Part shown: in pieces, positions 8,231-17,002 of the stretch
Numbering within the stretch: position 1 is the first letter of the stretch
Layout of the letters: every line of letters begins with the position of its first letter
Assembly: GCF_900167395.1 (NCBI RefSeq)
Contig: NZ_FUWK01000016.1
Location: forward strand, 1-32,000
Reading direction: 5' to 3'
Source: Nitrosomonas europaea
GTDB lineage: Bacteria; Pseudomonadota; Gammaproteobacteria; Burkholderiales; Nitrosomonadaceae
DNA length: 32,000 bases
Position numbers and translations under genes: made by a program
The notes under the pieces: model-generated
The model's database searches: none
What the model was told of the DNA's origin: nothing
Seen by the model: the letters and a program-made list of their open reading frames with translations, nothing else

Positions 8231-9037
8231 TCAGCTTATTTCAGGAGCACCGGTCAGTTGATGCAGCCGGGCAACCGCTGCCGCATCCAGACCCAGCAGT
8301 TTTGCCAGCTCGCGAAGGTAGTTCTCTTCCTTTTCGGTATCGACATTGATCGCCAGCAATGAGGCACTGTAAACCTCGGCTGCAACGACCTGATTCGGCA
8401 CCTCGGCTACCAGCGCAGCCATATCCGCAGGACGACGTAATTCCTCGTCTACCAGTTGTCGTTCGGCCTCGGTAACACCATCCTCACCCACCTTGCCCAG
8501 AATACGCGCGTTCTCCTGTTCATCAATGATACCATCCGCCTTTGCGGCAGCAATCATCGCACGCACGATCAAACGCTGGGTATCCGGGTCATCAATTGCT
8601 TCCATGGCATATCGATCGATATCAGCTGCACTGGCTGAAGTATTGCCGGCAGCCAGGTGTCCTTTCAGCGCATTCAGTGCCAGAGAACCGAGGATTGCCA
8701 TAGCACTGCCGCCAAGTGCTCCTTTGCTTGCTTTGACACCCCCACTCAACAATGCTCCTGCGAGCGCACCAATGCCGGTCAGTTGACTTCCAGTCAGCTT
8801 ACCTGTTTGTTTGCTGCCAAAGAAACCGCGTATCAGATTGAGCAAACCACCGCTGGTCGATGCAGAGTCACGCCCGCTACCATTATCATTGTCATTCAGT
8901 AAATTTCCGAGAAACTGCTCCAGTTTGCCACCAGCCCCGTCCAGTTCCAGTGAACCGAGAGCCTGATCCAGGCGCGAACGACTTTGTCCTGAAATACCCT
9001 GTTGCAGAAACTGACCGATAATGTTTGCAAAACTCAT
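8231..9037 (-). CDS. TerB-fold / DUF533 (YebE-like) protein
   Basis: The start is taken at MSFANIIGQFLQQG (ATG at 9037, GGAG Shine-Dalgarno sequence 9 nt upstream). A Gly/Ala-rich central region is followed by the C-terminal TerB-like module LIVRAMIAAAKADGIIDEQENARIL...AAEVYSASLLAINVDTEKEENYLRELAKLLGL. Confidence 0.7.
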   Translation of the reverse strand: MSFANIIGQFLQQGISGQSRSRLDQALGSLELDGAGGKLEQFLGNLLNDNDNGSGRDSASTSGGLLNLIRGFFGSKQTGKLTGSQLTGIGALAGALLSGGVKASKGALGGSAMAILGSLALNALKGHLAAGNTSASAADIDRYAMEAIDDPDTQRLIVRAMIAAAKADGIIDEQENARILGKVGEDGVTEAERQLVDEELRRPADMAALVAEVPNQVVAAEVYSASLLAINVDTEKEENYLRELAKLLGLDAAAVARLHQLTGAPEIS

Positions 9038-9301
9038 AGTTATATACTCCTTGTGGTTGGCCCTACGTGTATGAAAACGATCAATTACACCGACGGCCAC
9101 CATTTAGTTTTGCCTGTACCACGATGATGGTCAGTCGACCTTCAACTGCTGTTACGATGGATGATAAATGAGTAAAAATGACTTCTGTTTCTATTTTCTT
9201 TTACCGGACGATACTTCAAAGCCAGTCTGATTGGCAAGAATTTTCTCTCTAAGCCAAAGCATCCGAAATCACCTTATGATCAGGCATTCGACAGGGTGCA
9301 A

Positions 9302-10516
9302 TTAATCAAATACTTCATCTCCTGTCGGTTCAAGGTGAGTGGTTTCATTCATCTCCTGACGGAATCGGGATAATTCATAATACATTCTAAAACGCGCCCG
9401 GTTGATATTACCCAACGGCCGGTGTTCAGGAAGGCAATGCCAGGGATTCATTTTCAGACGCTTGGCAAACTCGAACTGCGCATCCGAATCGAATTTCTGT
9501 CTGGGAATATGGATGGTAGCAGCAGGAATGAATGAAGAAAGCTTTTCCGGCCAGCGCACTGAGCTGTCCTCGATAGGCATCAAATGGGGATCAGTTTGTA
9601 CCTGGATCATGAGATCAAACTCGACATCTTTTTCATTGAGCGTCTTGATCATGTTCTCCCGTAAATAGTTGAACGGTGGTGTGCCAAAAGGCAAGCCAGG
9701 AATATGCCTTTCAACCTCTTTCGTTTTTGGCACAAATGAATACATCATTGCCTGGCCTTCACCCAGCAGATAAGGTGTACAGCTCCAGTAGCGCTGTCCC
9801 AGCGGATTGTACTGAGTTGCTGTCCACAGGCTCTGCATGAAAAAATCGAGCAAGTGAGAATCTTTCGGATTGAGAAAGTAATAAAGTGTCATATCCACCA
9901 GACTCCAGTATTGCAACTTGGCATTTTCCCGCGTGTTGGGCGTAACGAATGTCGCCCCTCCGCTGGTTGCAATGAAGTCTTGCGTCAATTTTTCTTCACT
10001 CATCAGTTTCTCGCCCGGCACCCCCATGATTTTCATTGCCATACTCATAAACCCGACATCATTAATATCAGCAGGCACATTCGGGCCCGGTCCGGAATAG
10101 CGGATATATGCCGGATAACTGCGCGGATTGGCAAAAATACCTTTGCGGCAATGCTCCGGCAGATCATCCCGGATAGTAATGGTGGCACGCACGATACCGT
10201 GTGTTTTGGTATTACCCCCTCGTTCATAACCTCCCGGTTTGAAGCGCCCGCGCATCTGATCCATCATGAGATCGATAATTTTGTTCAGGCTTTCTTCTTC
10301 GTCGGGATCAAATCTTTCTTCCGCCAGTTCAAGATCAGAATCCTTGTTCTTGCGTCGCCGATTAATCAGAAACTGGATCAATCTTGAGCCAGGTTCGCGA
10401 AAAAGATAATCCCACTGCGGTCGAAACCAGGGTTCCAATCGACGCTCGATGCGCAGCAACAAAATCAGGAAATTATGAATCGCTTTGAGTACCCGGTTTT
10501 TGATTGTCATGTTCAT
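9302..10516 (-). CDS. Catalase-related haem protein (mini-catalase / y4iL-like clade, the clade that contains allene oxide synthase- and hydroperoxide-lyase-type enzymes)
   Basis: 404-aa ORF. The distal-side motif GGYERGGNTKTHGIVRATITIRDDLPEHCRKGIFANPRSYPAYIRYSGPGP has the His in KTHG. The proximal-side motif is HRPLGNINRARFRMYYELSRFRQ (R-x-x-x-Y Tyr ligand pattern). The start ATG overlaps the DyP stop in an ATGA overlap at 10516-10513. Confidence 0.75.
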   Translation of the reverse strand: MNMTIKNRVLKAIHNFLILLLRIERRLEPWFRPQWDYLFREPGSRLIQFLINRRRKNKDSDLELAEERFDPDEEESLNKIIDLMMDQMRGRFKPGGYERGGNTKTHGIVRATITIRDDLPEHCRKGIFANPRSYPAYIRYSGPGPNVPADINDVGFMSMAMKIMGVPGEKLMSEEKLTQDFIATSGGATFVTPNTRENAKLQYWSLVDMTLYYFLNPKDSHLLDFFMQSLWTATQYNPLGQRYWSCTPYLLGEGQAMMYSFVPKTKEVERHIPGLPFGTPPFNYLRENMIKTLNEKDVEFDLMIQVQTDPHLMPIEDSSVRWPEKLSSFIPAATIHIPRQKFDSDAQFEFAKRLKMNPWHCLPEHRPLGNINRARFRMYYELSRFRQEMNETTHLEPTGDEVFD

Positions 10517-12039
10517 GATGAACCGCCGTTTCCGTTAGCAGGTAAAGCTGAAATGTATTTGAGTGCACGCAACCCGGGCATGAAAAAATATCCGCCACCC
10601 AGTACAGTCGTAAACTGCGGTAAATGACAGGTTTTTTGCATCGATCCGGATGAAGTGGGGCGATTGAAATGATCCGTGCTGTTACCGTTTATCATCGGTT
10701 CACGATTTCCCAGCAAGGGATCCGGCTCCTCCTGCAAGCCACCAAATTTGCCATTCACAATCCAGGCATTCTGGACAAATTCAAACTGTCGCCCTATGTT
10801 GGCTACCAGGCAGATGAACTGCAAACCACGTTCAGCAGCAGGTGCATCCGGTTTGACAGCGTCCCCCGGTGCAAGGACAGGGCCATAGCTGCGACCACGC
10901 CGCAACAAACGGTGAAAACGAGAAGAAGCAATGAGATCTTCCTCCGGTTTTTGTCCAAACCCCAGGATTTTAACCAACCGGTTTATCAGTGCGATCGCAC
11001 CGGTACCCGTTACAGCCGTCGGCAAATCGCCTGTCCGGGGATTGGCCCTGCGCACATGAGCACTGACTGGGCAATGATTCCCTTTCGGATCGAGGTCATA
11101 GGTAAAATGATTGCCATGATCCTTGGGCAAAATTCCCGGAATGTGCTCCGCAATCAAGGGCGTACCATTCCGTTCTCTGCCCACCATCGATGCGGCAAGC
11201 CGCTCCCGCTTCTCCGGGATGGAATCCGATACCTTGTCGAGAAATTGCCAGAAACCGGGAACATTCTGCTCCAGTTGCCGAAGTACCAGATACGTTCCAT
11301 TGCGGCCAAAATCTTTCCGTGCAGGATCATCTTTGGCATCCGGCAGATTCACGGCAAACCGGTCTTTTTGAAGGTCGATCAACGGTCGTGCAGTGTATTG
11401 CCCATATTCATTGGGATAACCAAGCACCATTTCGCCGGCAGCCAGTAAATTGGTGTAGCGGTCATTTGCATGTGAATCCGTATCATGCCGATCTGCCCAG
11501 TCAATCGCGGGCTGACTGATCCCATCCTCAAACCCGAAAGGATCAGTTCGCCCCATGTCCGAGGTGGGCAGATACTGCAGCAGCTGAAATGCCTGTGAGA
11601 AATACTCGCCTTCTACCGTTGCTTTCCAGGCATCAAGCCCCCCCTTTCTGGCATAAAGCAATAACAAGATATGCGGTACGTCTGCACCCTCCCCCCATTT
11701 CCAGTACTTCGGCGCATTGTGTCCAATATCACCGAGCCGACGAGAGCAGTTTTCATTTCTGGTCATGCCATGAACGAATTCATCGGAAAAACCATCAATA
11801 ATGGATTCATCAATGCCCAATGCACGCAAACCCTGCACGGAAAAAGCGATCTGCAGTGCCGTATCAGGCGGTGGATGAATTGCAATGGCACTGCTGACCG
11901 GCGCTGTGCTCAACCATTGTCTGGCGGCACTGGCATCCGCAATTTTCAGCAACATGAAGCAGGTATCAGCCAGCTTTCCGTATCCAAAACGCAGCAATCC
12001 CTGTACATCATCGAATTCAAAATTGCCGGATTCTTTCAT
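10513..12039 (-). CDS. Dye-decolorizing (DyP-type) haem peroxidase
   Basis: The N-terminus is FDDVQGLLRFGYG. The GxxDG motif is DPFGFEDGISQP. The proximal His region is PVSAHVRRANPR, followed by HRLLRRGRSYGP and ERGLQFICLVANIGRQFEFVQNAW. The start is taken at MKESGNF (ATG 12039), which has a GAGGGGG Shine-Dalgarno sequence directly after the upstream gene's TGA. The ORF is open to 12072. Confidence 0.85.
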   Translation of the reverse strand: MKESGNFEFDDVQGLLRFGYGKLADTCFMLLKIADASAARQWLSTAPVSSAIAIHPPPDTALQIAFSVQGLRALGIDESIIDGFSDEFVHGMTRNENCSRRLGDIGHNAPKYWKWGEGADVPHILLLLYARKGGLDAWKATVEGEYFSQAFQLLQYLPTSDMGRTDPFGFEDGISQPAIDWADRHDTDSHANDRYTNLLAAGEMVLGYPNEYGQYTARPLIDLQKDRFAVNLPDAKDDPARKDFGRNGTYLVLRQLEQNVPGFWQFLDKVSDSIPEKRERLAASMVGRERNGTPLIAEHIPGILPKDHGNHFTYDLDPKGNHCPVSAHVRRANPRTGDLPTAVTGTGAIALINRLVKILGFGQKPEEDLIASSRFHRLLRRGRSYGPVLAPGDAVKPDAPAAERGLQFICLVANIGRQFEFVQNAWIVNGKFGGLQEEPDPLLGNREPMINGNSTDHFNRPTSSGSMQKTCHLPQFTTVLGGGYFFMPGLRALKYISALPANGNGGSS

Positions 12040-12053
12040 GTATATACCCCCTC

Positions 12054-13358
12054 TCAGATCAGGCTGAGCCATTCACGGATTTCCGCATCATCCGACTGGC
12101 GAATTTCCACGCCTTGCCGAATACGGCTGTTGCGCACCAGATCAACGGCGGTCAGTCCCGGATAAGCCTTGTACCAGACCTCGGTAGGTATCTGATGCCG
12201 CCTTTGCGTGTATTTGAATGCGTGCTCACGCTGCGCGCCTTCCTTAATCATCCACCTTGTCGTCGGGTAGCCGACAGCATTGCTAAAGGTCAGGTTCAGC
12301 CCCCAGCCAACCTTGTTGATGAAATCATCCATATAGCTTTCGTGGCTGCCATCGTAATTACTGGCAAAGAAAACGCGATGGTTGTTATCCATGAATACCC
12401 AGCGGGCGAAATGGATCGTTTTGATGCGCGCAAGAAAGCCGTGATTGTAAACATGCCTGGCAAACCAGTCGGTCAGCAGGAGGATGAATTTAAAGGTCAA
12501 CAGGCGGAACAACCCTGGTTTTACATCCCCAAACACGCTGTATTGATTGCTGACATCCCAATCTTCCTGTTCGGAAAGCGCTTCGATATGTGAGTAGGCA
12601 GGCCGGATGAAGAGTTCAGGATCAGAGCGCTCCCGCTTTCTCAACCATAATGCAAAGAAGGGAGCAATCACCAATAGCAATGGAGAGAAAAGCAACAGGA
12701 CCAGCGGCACGCCGATTTTATGCAGCAGATTACGGGTTCTCCATTCACTCGGCGTTGGCTCCGGCGGGGAAAGCACAAGCCTGCCTTTATACTTTTCCAT
12801 TTCGACATGTGACAAAAGCTTTTGCCGTAGAGTATGAATATTTTCCCGCCCGACCTCTGCAACAATTTTCTGTAAACAGTCAGACAGGCTGTGATGTAGC
12901 GCTGCTTCTTCATGGATCTGCCTGACGGTTCGACCCACCCAGTTAACGTAATTGGCGCCGGGGCTGACATTACGCATCTTCATCCACTCCAGCAAATTCT
13001 GATTTCCCGTAGAGAAATCATCACAGTGGGAGAAGATTTTTGTCAGCCCCGATTCTGCACGTTCCACGAGCTCTGCCAGGAAAGTGTGCATATCCCCGTC
13101 GATGTCACCCAGGAAAGCAAGCATGGGCCGCCATGGCCGTGGTTTTACACCGAACTCTTTAATCTCTTGTAGCGTTTTTGCTTCTATGATCACAAACCGT
13201 GCAAAATGCAAGCGATCCAGTTTCCCGAATGGAATCAGGTCATTATCAGGATCAGCATGCCCGGGGATTGTATTCATCGAAGCGAGCAAGGTACGCAAAT
13301 CCTGCAGTTGCCCAACACGTACCGTCGCAGCAATCATGAAGGCAGATTGAGGTGTCAT
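12054..13358 (-). CDS. Hypothetical protein with one central TM helix and an internally duplicated HFAR[FW]V...DG module
   Basis: 434-aa ORF. The N-half has DRLHFARFVIIE...LAFLGDIDGDMHTFLAELV. The central hydrophobic helix is IGVPLVLLLFSPLLLVIAPFFALWL. The C-half has KTIHFARWVFMD...VFFASNYDGSHESYMDDFI. I do not recognise a named family. Its stop lies 12 nt before the DyP start. Confidence 0.6.
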   Translation of the reverse strand: MTPQSAFMIAATVRVGQLQDLRTLLASMNTIPGHADPDNDLIPFGKLDRLHFARFVIIEAKTLQEIKEFGVKPRPWRPMLAFLGDIDGDMHTFLAELVERAESGLTKIFSHCDDFSTGNQNLLEWMKMRNVSPGANYVNWVGRTVRQIHEEAALHHSLSDCLQKIVAEVGRENIHTLRQKLLSHVEMEKYKGRLVLSPPEPTPSEWRTRNLLHKIGVPLVLLLFSPLLLVIAPFFALWLRKRERSDPELFIRPAYSHIEALSEQEDWDVSNQYSVFGDVKPGLFRLLTFKFILLLTDWFARHVYNHGFLARIKTIHFARWVFMDNNHRVFFASNYDGSHESYMDDFINKVGWGLNLTFSNAVGYPTTRWMIKEGAQREHAFKYTQRRHQIPTEVWYKAYPGLTAVDLVRNSRIRQGVEIRQSDDAEIREWLSLI

Positions 13359-13391
13359 GGTCTTCTATCCCGAAAACAGTTGGACAGCGCG

Positions 13392-13847
13392 TTATTGGGT
13401 GTCGCTTTGCGTCAGGGCAAAATCCAGGACGCGCGTTTTGCCCCACCAGACTTTTCCAAGATAAACACCAGGCTCAACCTCGCGAATCTCATCGCGAATC
13501 ACTTTGGCAACGAATGAAGTTTTAGAGTAATCAATGACGATGGTGTCTTGCCCGTCGAGCCAACTCTTATCGCGATACACCTTTGCAACGATAAACGTCA
13601 AACCAAACGGCGTAATCTTGTTGACAAGGACACCCGCCTGACCGCCTGGACAAAATAAATCAAATACCTTGCCCTGCCAGGCAAAAAGGCGTGCAAAAGC
13701 AGCCACTGTTTTTGAAAAGAATGATCCCGCCAGAATTGCCGTGCCGCGTGTATCGCCTGCCGGAATATTTCCCGGCGTGGCATGACGATAGATTTCATCC
13801 AGTTCTTCACGTGATTTCCCCAACCAAGCTCTGACCGTATTATTCAT
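13392..13847 (-). CDS. Hypothetical 151-aa protein, first gene of the DyP/catalase-related operon
   Basis: The ORF has an AGGAG Shine-Dalgarno sequence 8 nt upstream of the ATG at 13847, and a 33-nt gap to the next gene. Its layout (G-rich N-part, ...AWQGKVFD..., then ...IVIDYSKTSFVAKVIRDEIREVEPGVYLGKVWW...) loosely recalls GXWXG/DUF4334-type small proteins. I cannot confirm that. Confidence 0.5.
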   Translation of the reverse strand: MNNTVRAWLGKSREELDEIYRHATPGNIPAGDTRGTAILAGSFFSKTVAAFARLFAWQGKVFDLFCPGGQAGVLVNKITPFGLTFIVAKVYRDKSWLDGQDTIVIDYSKTSFVAKVIRDEIREVEPGVYLGKVWWGKTRVLDFALTQSDTQ

Positions 13848-14230
13848 TTCAGTTACTCCTCATGGTTATACCAAAAACAAATAAACAGAATCGTCTGACA
13901 ACACGTGATCCGAAACAGGATGATCCAGGACAAGCACCTTACCTATTCAACAAGCTGAACCCCCCTCGCAGAAAAGAATCAATCTGTATCGAATTCAAAG
14001 ACCACACTCACAATAACTTTATTCCTGGTTTACCCAATATGCAATTGTTTGATCACCTCAAAACAGAAAAACAGGATTATGCTGAATAACTATTGGCTAT
14101 CTAATTTTCTCTAAAATTAATTCAAACATAGTAATACCCTCAGTAGAAAAAGGGATATATTATGAAAGCATACTGCAGTAATGGCTTCAAACTTTAGCTT
14201 GCCCTGATCAACATTTAACTGGAGATCATC

Positions 14231-16900
14231 ATGAAAACATGTAGAAATATCTTTTATTTCACCGGGATCAGCTTGGTTTTACTTCTTGCAGGATGTTCAG
14301 ATGATTTATCTCTGAAAATTGCAGCCGAATGTATCAAAGGTAATCACATCCAGTCCGGATCGGTTCTGGATGAAGCACAGTGTGTAAACAGATCTGCAGA
14401 GAGCTTTCCGGGAGCGGATGAAGATTATTTCAAGGATATGGATTATGGAATCAGCCAGACTCCTGATAAGGTAGTCGCTGCCCTTGAGCCCTTCGTGCCC
14501 GGCGTTTCACAGAATCCGGACGAGGCTGTCAAATCGATAGTCAGAGGCCGAAACAACTGGATCGTCTGGACGGGTGGCAACGACAAGTTCTGGGATTATA
14601 TGAGCGTGAAGAGCTTTGGCAGCTTCGATCTGCTGAAAGTGCTGTCGAATCATCCCAGGCTTGTGAAAAATCCGGGATACAGCCGCGACAACCGATGGCA
14701 CTGGTTTGGTCTGGTCAATGAACCGTGTTTCATAAAAAATACCGACGCGCAAGGCAAACTGGTCGGGCGTGAAGATCGTTTCGGCCTATATCTGGATGTA
14801 CGAGATCCGACCTGTCCTGCTGATCCGTTTGAAAATGAGGAAAAATATCCAGGCGTCAAAATTGGTGCGCGTGGCAAAACCGTGCCAGTGGGGTCTTATT
14901 ATGGTTATGCGACTGGTATTGTAGGTCTGCGCCTGTTTCCCAATCCCGATTTCAATGAAGCCGCAAAAAAACGCTGGGATGCCGAAAAATATTATTCTGA
15001 TCCGAATTACTACAATAATCCCAAACTGGTCAAACCGTACCGGGTGGGAATGGCTTGCAGTTTCTGTCACGTAGGACCCAACCCGACCAACCCGCCTGAA
15101 GATCCGGAAAATCCGCAGTGGGCCAATCTCAATTCCAATCCCGGGGCACAGTATTTCTGGTTCGACCGGGTATTCGCGTACGAGGCCGATAAAACCAGTT
15201 TCGCCTACCAGCATCTCCATACCAACCGGCCGGGTGCTTTGGATACCTCACTCATCTCCACCGACTACATCAACAATCCGCGTACCATGAACGCTGTTTA
15301 CAGCCTTCCTGCACGGATGCTGAATACCTTACGCTGGGGTGAAGAAAAATTGAACGGTGGCGAGCGGGATAACAAGCAGTTCAATCATTTCGACGAAATC
15401 CCTGCCGACAGCCCGCTCAGAGCCTTTTTCAAAGATCCGGATACGGTACTGACGCCGCGTGTGCTCAAAGATGGTGCGGATTCGGTCGGTGCACTGGGCG
15501 CATTGAATCGTGTTTTCATCAATATCGGTTTGTTCAGTGAAGAATGGCTACAGCACATCAATCCCCTGGTAGGAGGAAAGCCGTTTACACCTTTCCCGAT
15601 CAAAATAGCCGAACAGAATTCCAGCTACTGGCGGGCAACCGAGCAGCAGACGCTGGATGGCGCCTTGTTTTTTCTGGTTGCCACCCCTCCGGATCATTTG
15701 AAGGATGCTCCCGGGGGTAAACATTACCTGACCGATGATGAAGAAACTCTGGAACATGGTAAGAAGGTATTTGCCGAGCATTGTGCTGCTTGCCATTCGA
15801 GTAAATTACCGGACGAGGCAAACAAGTTTTTCCCTGATAAAGGGTGTGTCGGCCCTGATTACTTGAAGTGCTGGAATCAGTATTGGCACTGGACCAACTC
15901 ACCCGAATTCAAGGAGAAAATGACAAAGCTGGTCATGGAAGAAGATTTTCTCAAAGAGAATTTCCTGTCCACGGAGTTACGCATCCCGGTAACTCTGCTG
16001 GAAACCAATATTTGTGCGTCGATCGCGACCAATGCCATCCAGGGAGATACCTGGGACAATTTTTCTTCGACTTCCTACAAAAATTTGCCTTCGGTAGGAA
16101 AAGCACTGATCCATCATCCAGTTACACGCAAACCTGCAGATCACGTCATGCCAGACGGGGGACGTGGTTATATTCGTCCACCTTCCCTTTCGAGCATTTG
16201 GTCTACAGCACCATTTTTACTGAACAATACGGTCGGGAAATTTTATCCCTCGGGTTCAGTGGAAGATCGTATGAAATCTTTCGAGATCAGTATCGAGCAG
16301 CTGCTATGGCCCGAAAAACGCTACTGCGATCAGAAAGATCTGTACTACTACGGACAGGATAAAGAAGGAAAAGGCTCCTATGCCTATGATTCGGAAGCAG
16401 CAGGCAGTTGCGAAGGAAAAACCTATCTGACCCGATCCGGCAAAGAAGTACCGGGTATTATCGACCGGACGACAGAAAGGAGTGAGCTAAAAGTACCGAA
16501 AGGTTACCTGCCATGGTATGTCAGAATTCTCCCTATTGGTGATGGGTTGGAGCTTGGTCCATTCCCTGAAGGCATTCCTGTGAATCTGGTTTCCAATACC
16601 AATATGGAAATGAACTGGGGGCAGCGGCTTTCTCTTTCGTGGGATCTTGCAAGGGCTATCGGGTGGGATATCTTTGATTTGTGGAAAGCCCAGGAACATC
16701 CTGAAAGCATGACTGATGAAGAGCTGCGCAAAATATTGAGCGGGATAGTCGATCCTTTACTGGGCGTTAACAAATGTCCGGATTTTGTCGTTAACCGCGG
16801 GCATTATTTCGGCACAGACTACCTCCCGGCAGAAGAAGGCAGAACAGCGCTCGATGATAACGATAAACGTGCTTTGATCGAGTTTCTCAAGACCATGTAA
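14231..16900 (+). CDS. Large di-haem c-type cytochrome lipoprotein (unknown family)
   Basis: 889-aa ORF with a GGAG Shine-Dalgarno sequence 7 nt upstream. The lipoprotein signal is MKTCRNIFYFTGISLVLLLAGC (lipobox LAGC). There are two CxxCH haem-c motifs: CSFCH (15056-15070) and CAACH (15782-15796). Confidence 0.7.
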   Translation: MKTCRNIFYFTGISLVLLLAGCSDDLSLKIAAECIKGNHIQSGSVLDEAQCVNRSAESFPGADEDYFKDMDYGISQTPDKVVAALEPFVPGVSQNPDEAVKSIVRGRNNWIVWTGGNDKFWDYMSVKSFGSFDLLKVLSNHPRLVKNPGYSRDNRWHWFGLVNEPCFIKNTDAQGKLVGREDRFGLYLDVRDPTCPADPFENEEKYPGVKIGARGKTVPVGSYYGYATGIVGLRLFPNPDFNEAAKKRWDAEKYYSDPNYYNNPKLVKPYRVGMACSFCHVGPNPTNPPEDPENPQWANLNSNPGAQYFWFDRVFAYEADKTSFAYQHLHTNRPGALDTSLISTDYINNPRTMNAVYSLPARMLNTLRWGEEKLNGGERDNKQFNHFDEIPADSPLRAFFKDPDTVLTPRVLKDGADSVGALGALNRVFINIGLFSEEWLQHINPLVGGKPFTPFPIKIAEQNSSYWRATEQQTLDGALFFLVATPPDHLKDAPGGKHYLTDDEETLEHGKKVFAEHCAACHSSKLPDEANKFFPDKGCVGPDYLKCWNQYWHWTNSPEFKEKMTKLVMEEDFLKENFLSTELRIPVTLLETNICASIATNAIQGDTWDNFSSTSYKNLPSVGKALIHHPVTRKPADHVMPDGGRGYIRPPSLSSIWSTAPFLLNNTVGKFYPSGSVEDRMKSFEISIEQLLWPEKRYCDQKDLYYYGQDKEGKGSYAYDSEAAGSCEGKTYLTRSGKEVPGIIDRTTERSELKVPKGYLPWYVRILPIGDGLELGPFPEGIPVNLVSNTNMEMNWGQRLSLSWDLARAIGWDIFDLWKAQEHPESMTDEELRKILSGIVDPLLGVNKCPDFVVNRGHYFGTDYLPAEEGRTALDDNDKRALIEFLKTM

Positions 16901-17002
16901 TTCTGTAACGGCGGGTAATCCAACATGCAGCCGGAATATCCGCCGTATTTCTCAGTTTACAGATCACGACGCTCTACCCGTTTTCTGCTCCAGGAGATAT
17001 CT

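Noticed and set aside
10669-11448. 259-aa plus-strand ORF. The same judgement applies to 6303-6890, 9854-10387, 12114-12593, 15868-16362, 17330-17818, 27642-28418 and other track ORFs that lie opposite or out of frame within called genes.
   Set aside because: Each overlaps a gene with strong family motifs, either on the opposite strand or in a different frame of the same strand. None has its own recognisable motif or ribosome-binding site.
13862-14089. 75-aa ORF in the divergent intergenic region
   Set aside because: It has no ribosome-binding site. The sequence is hydrophilic and low-complexity, and it occupies the space needed for the two divergent promoters.
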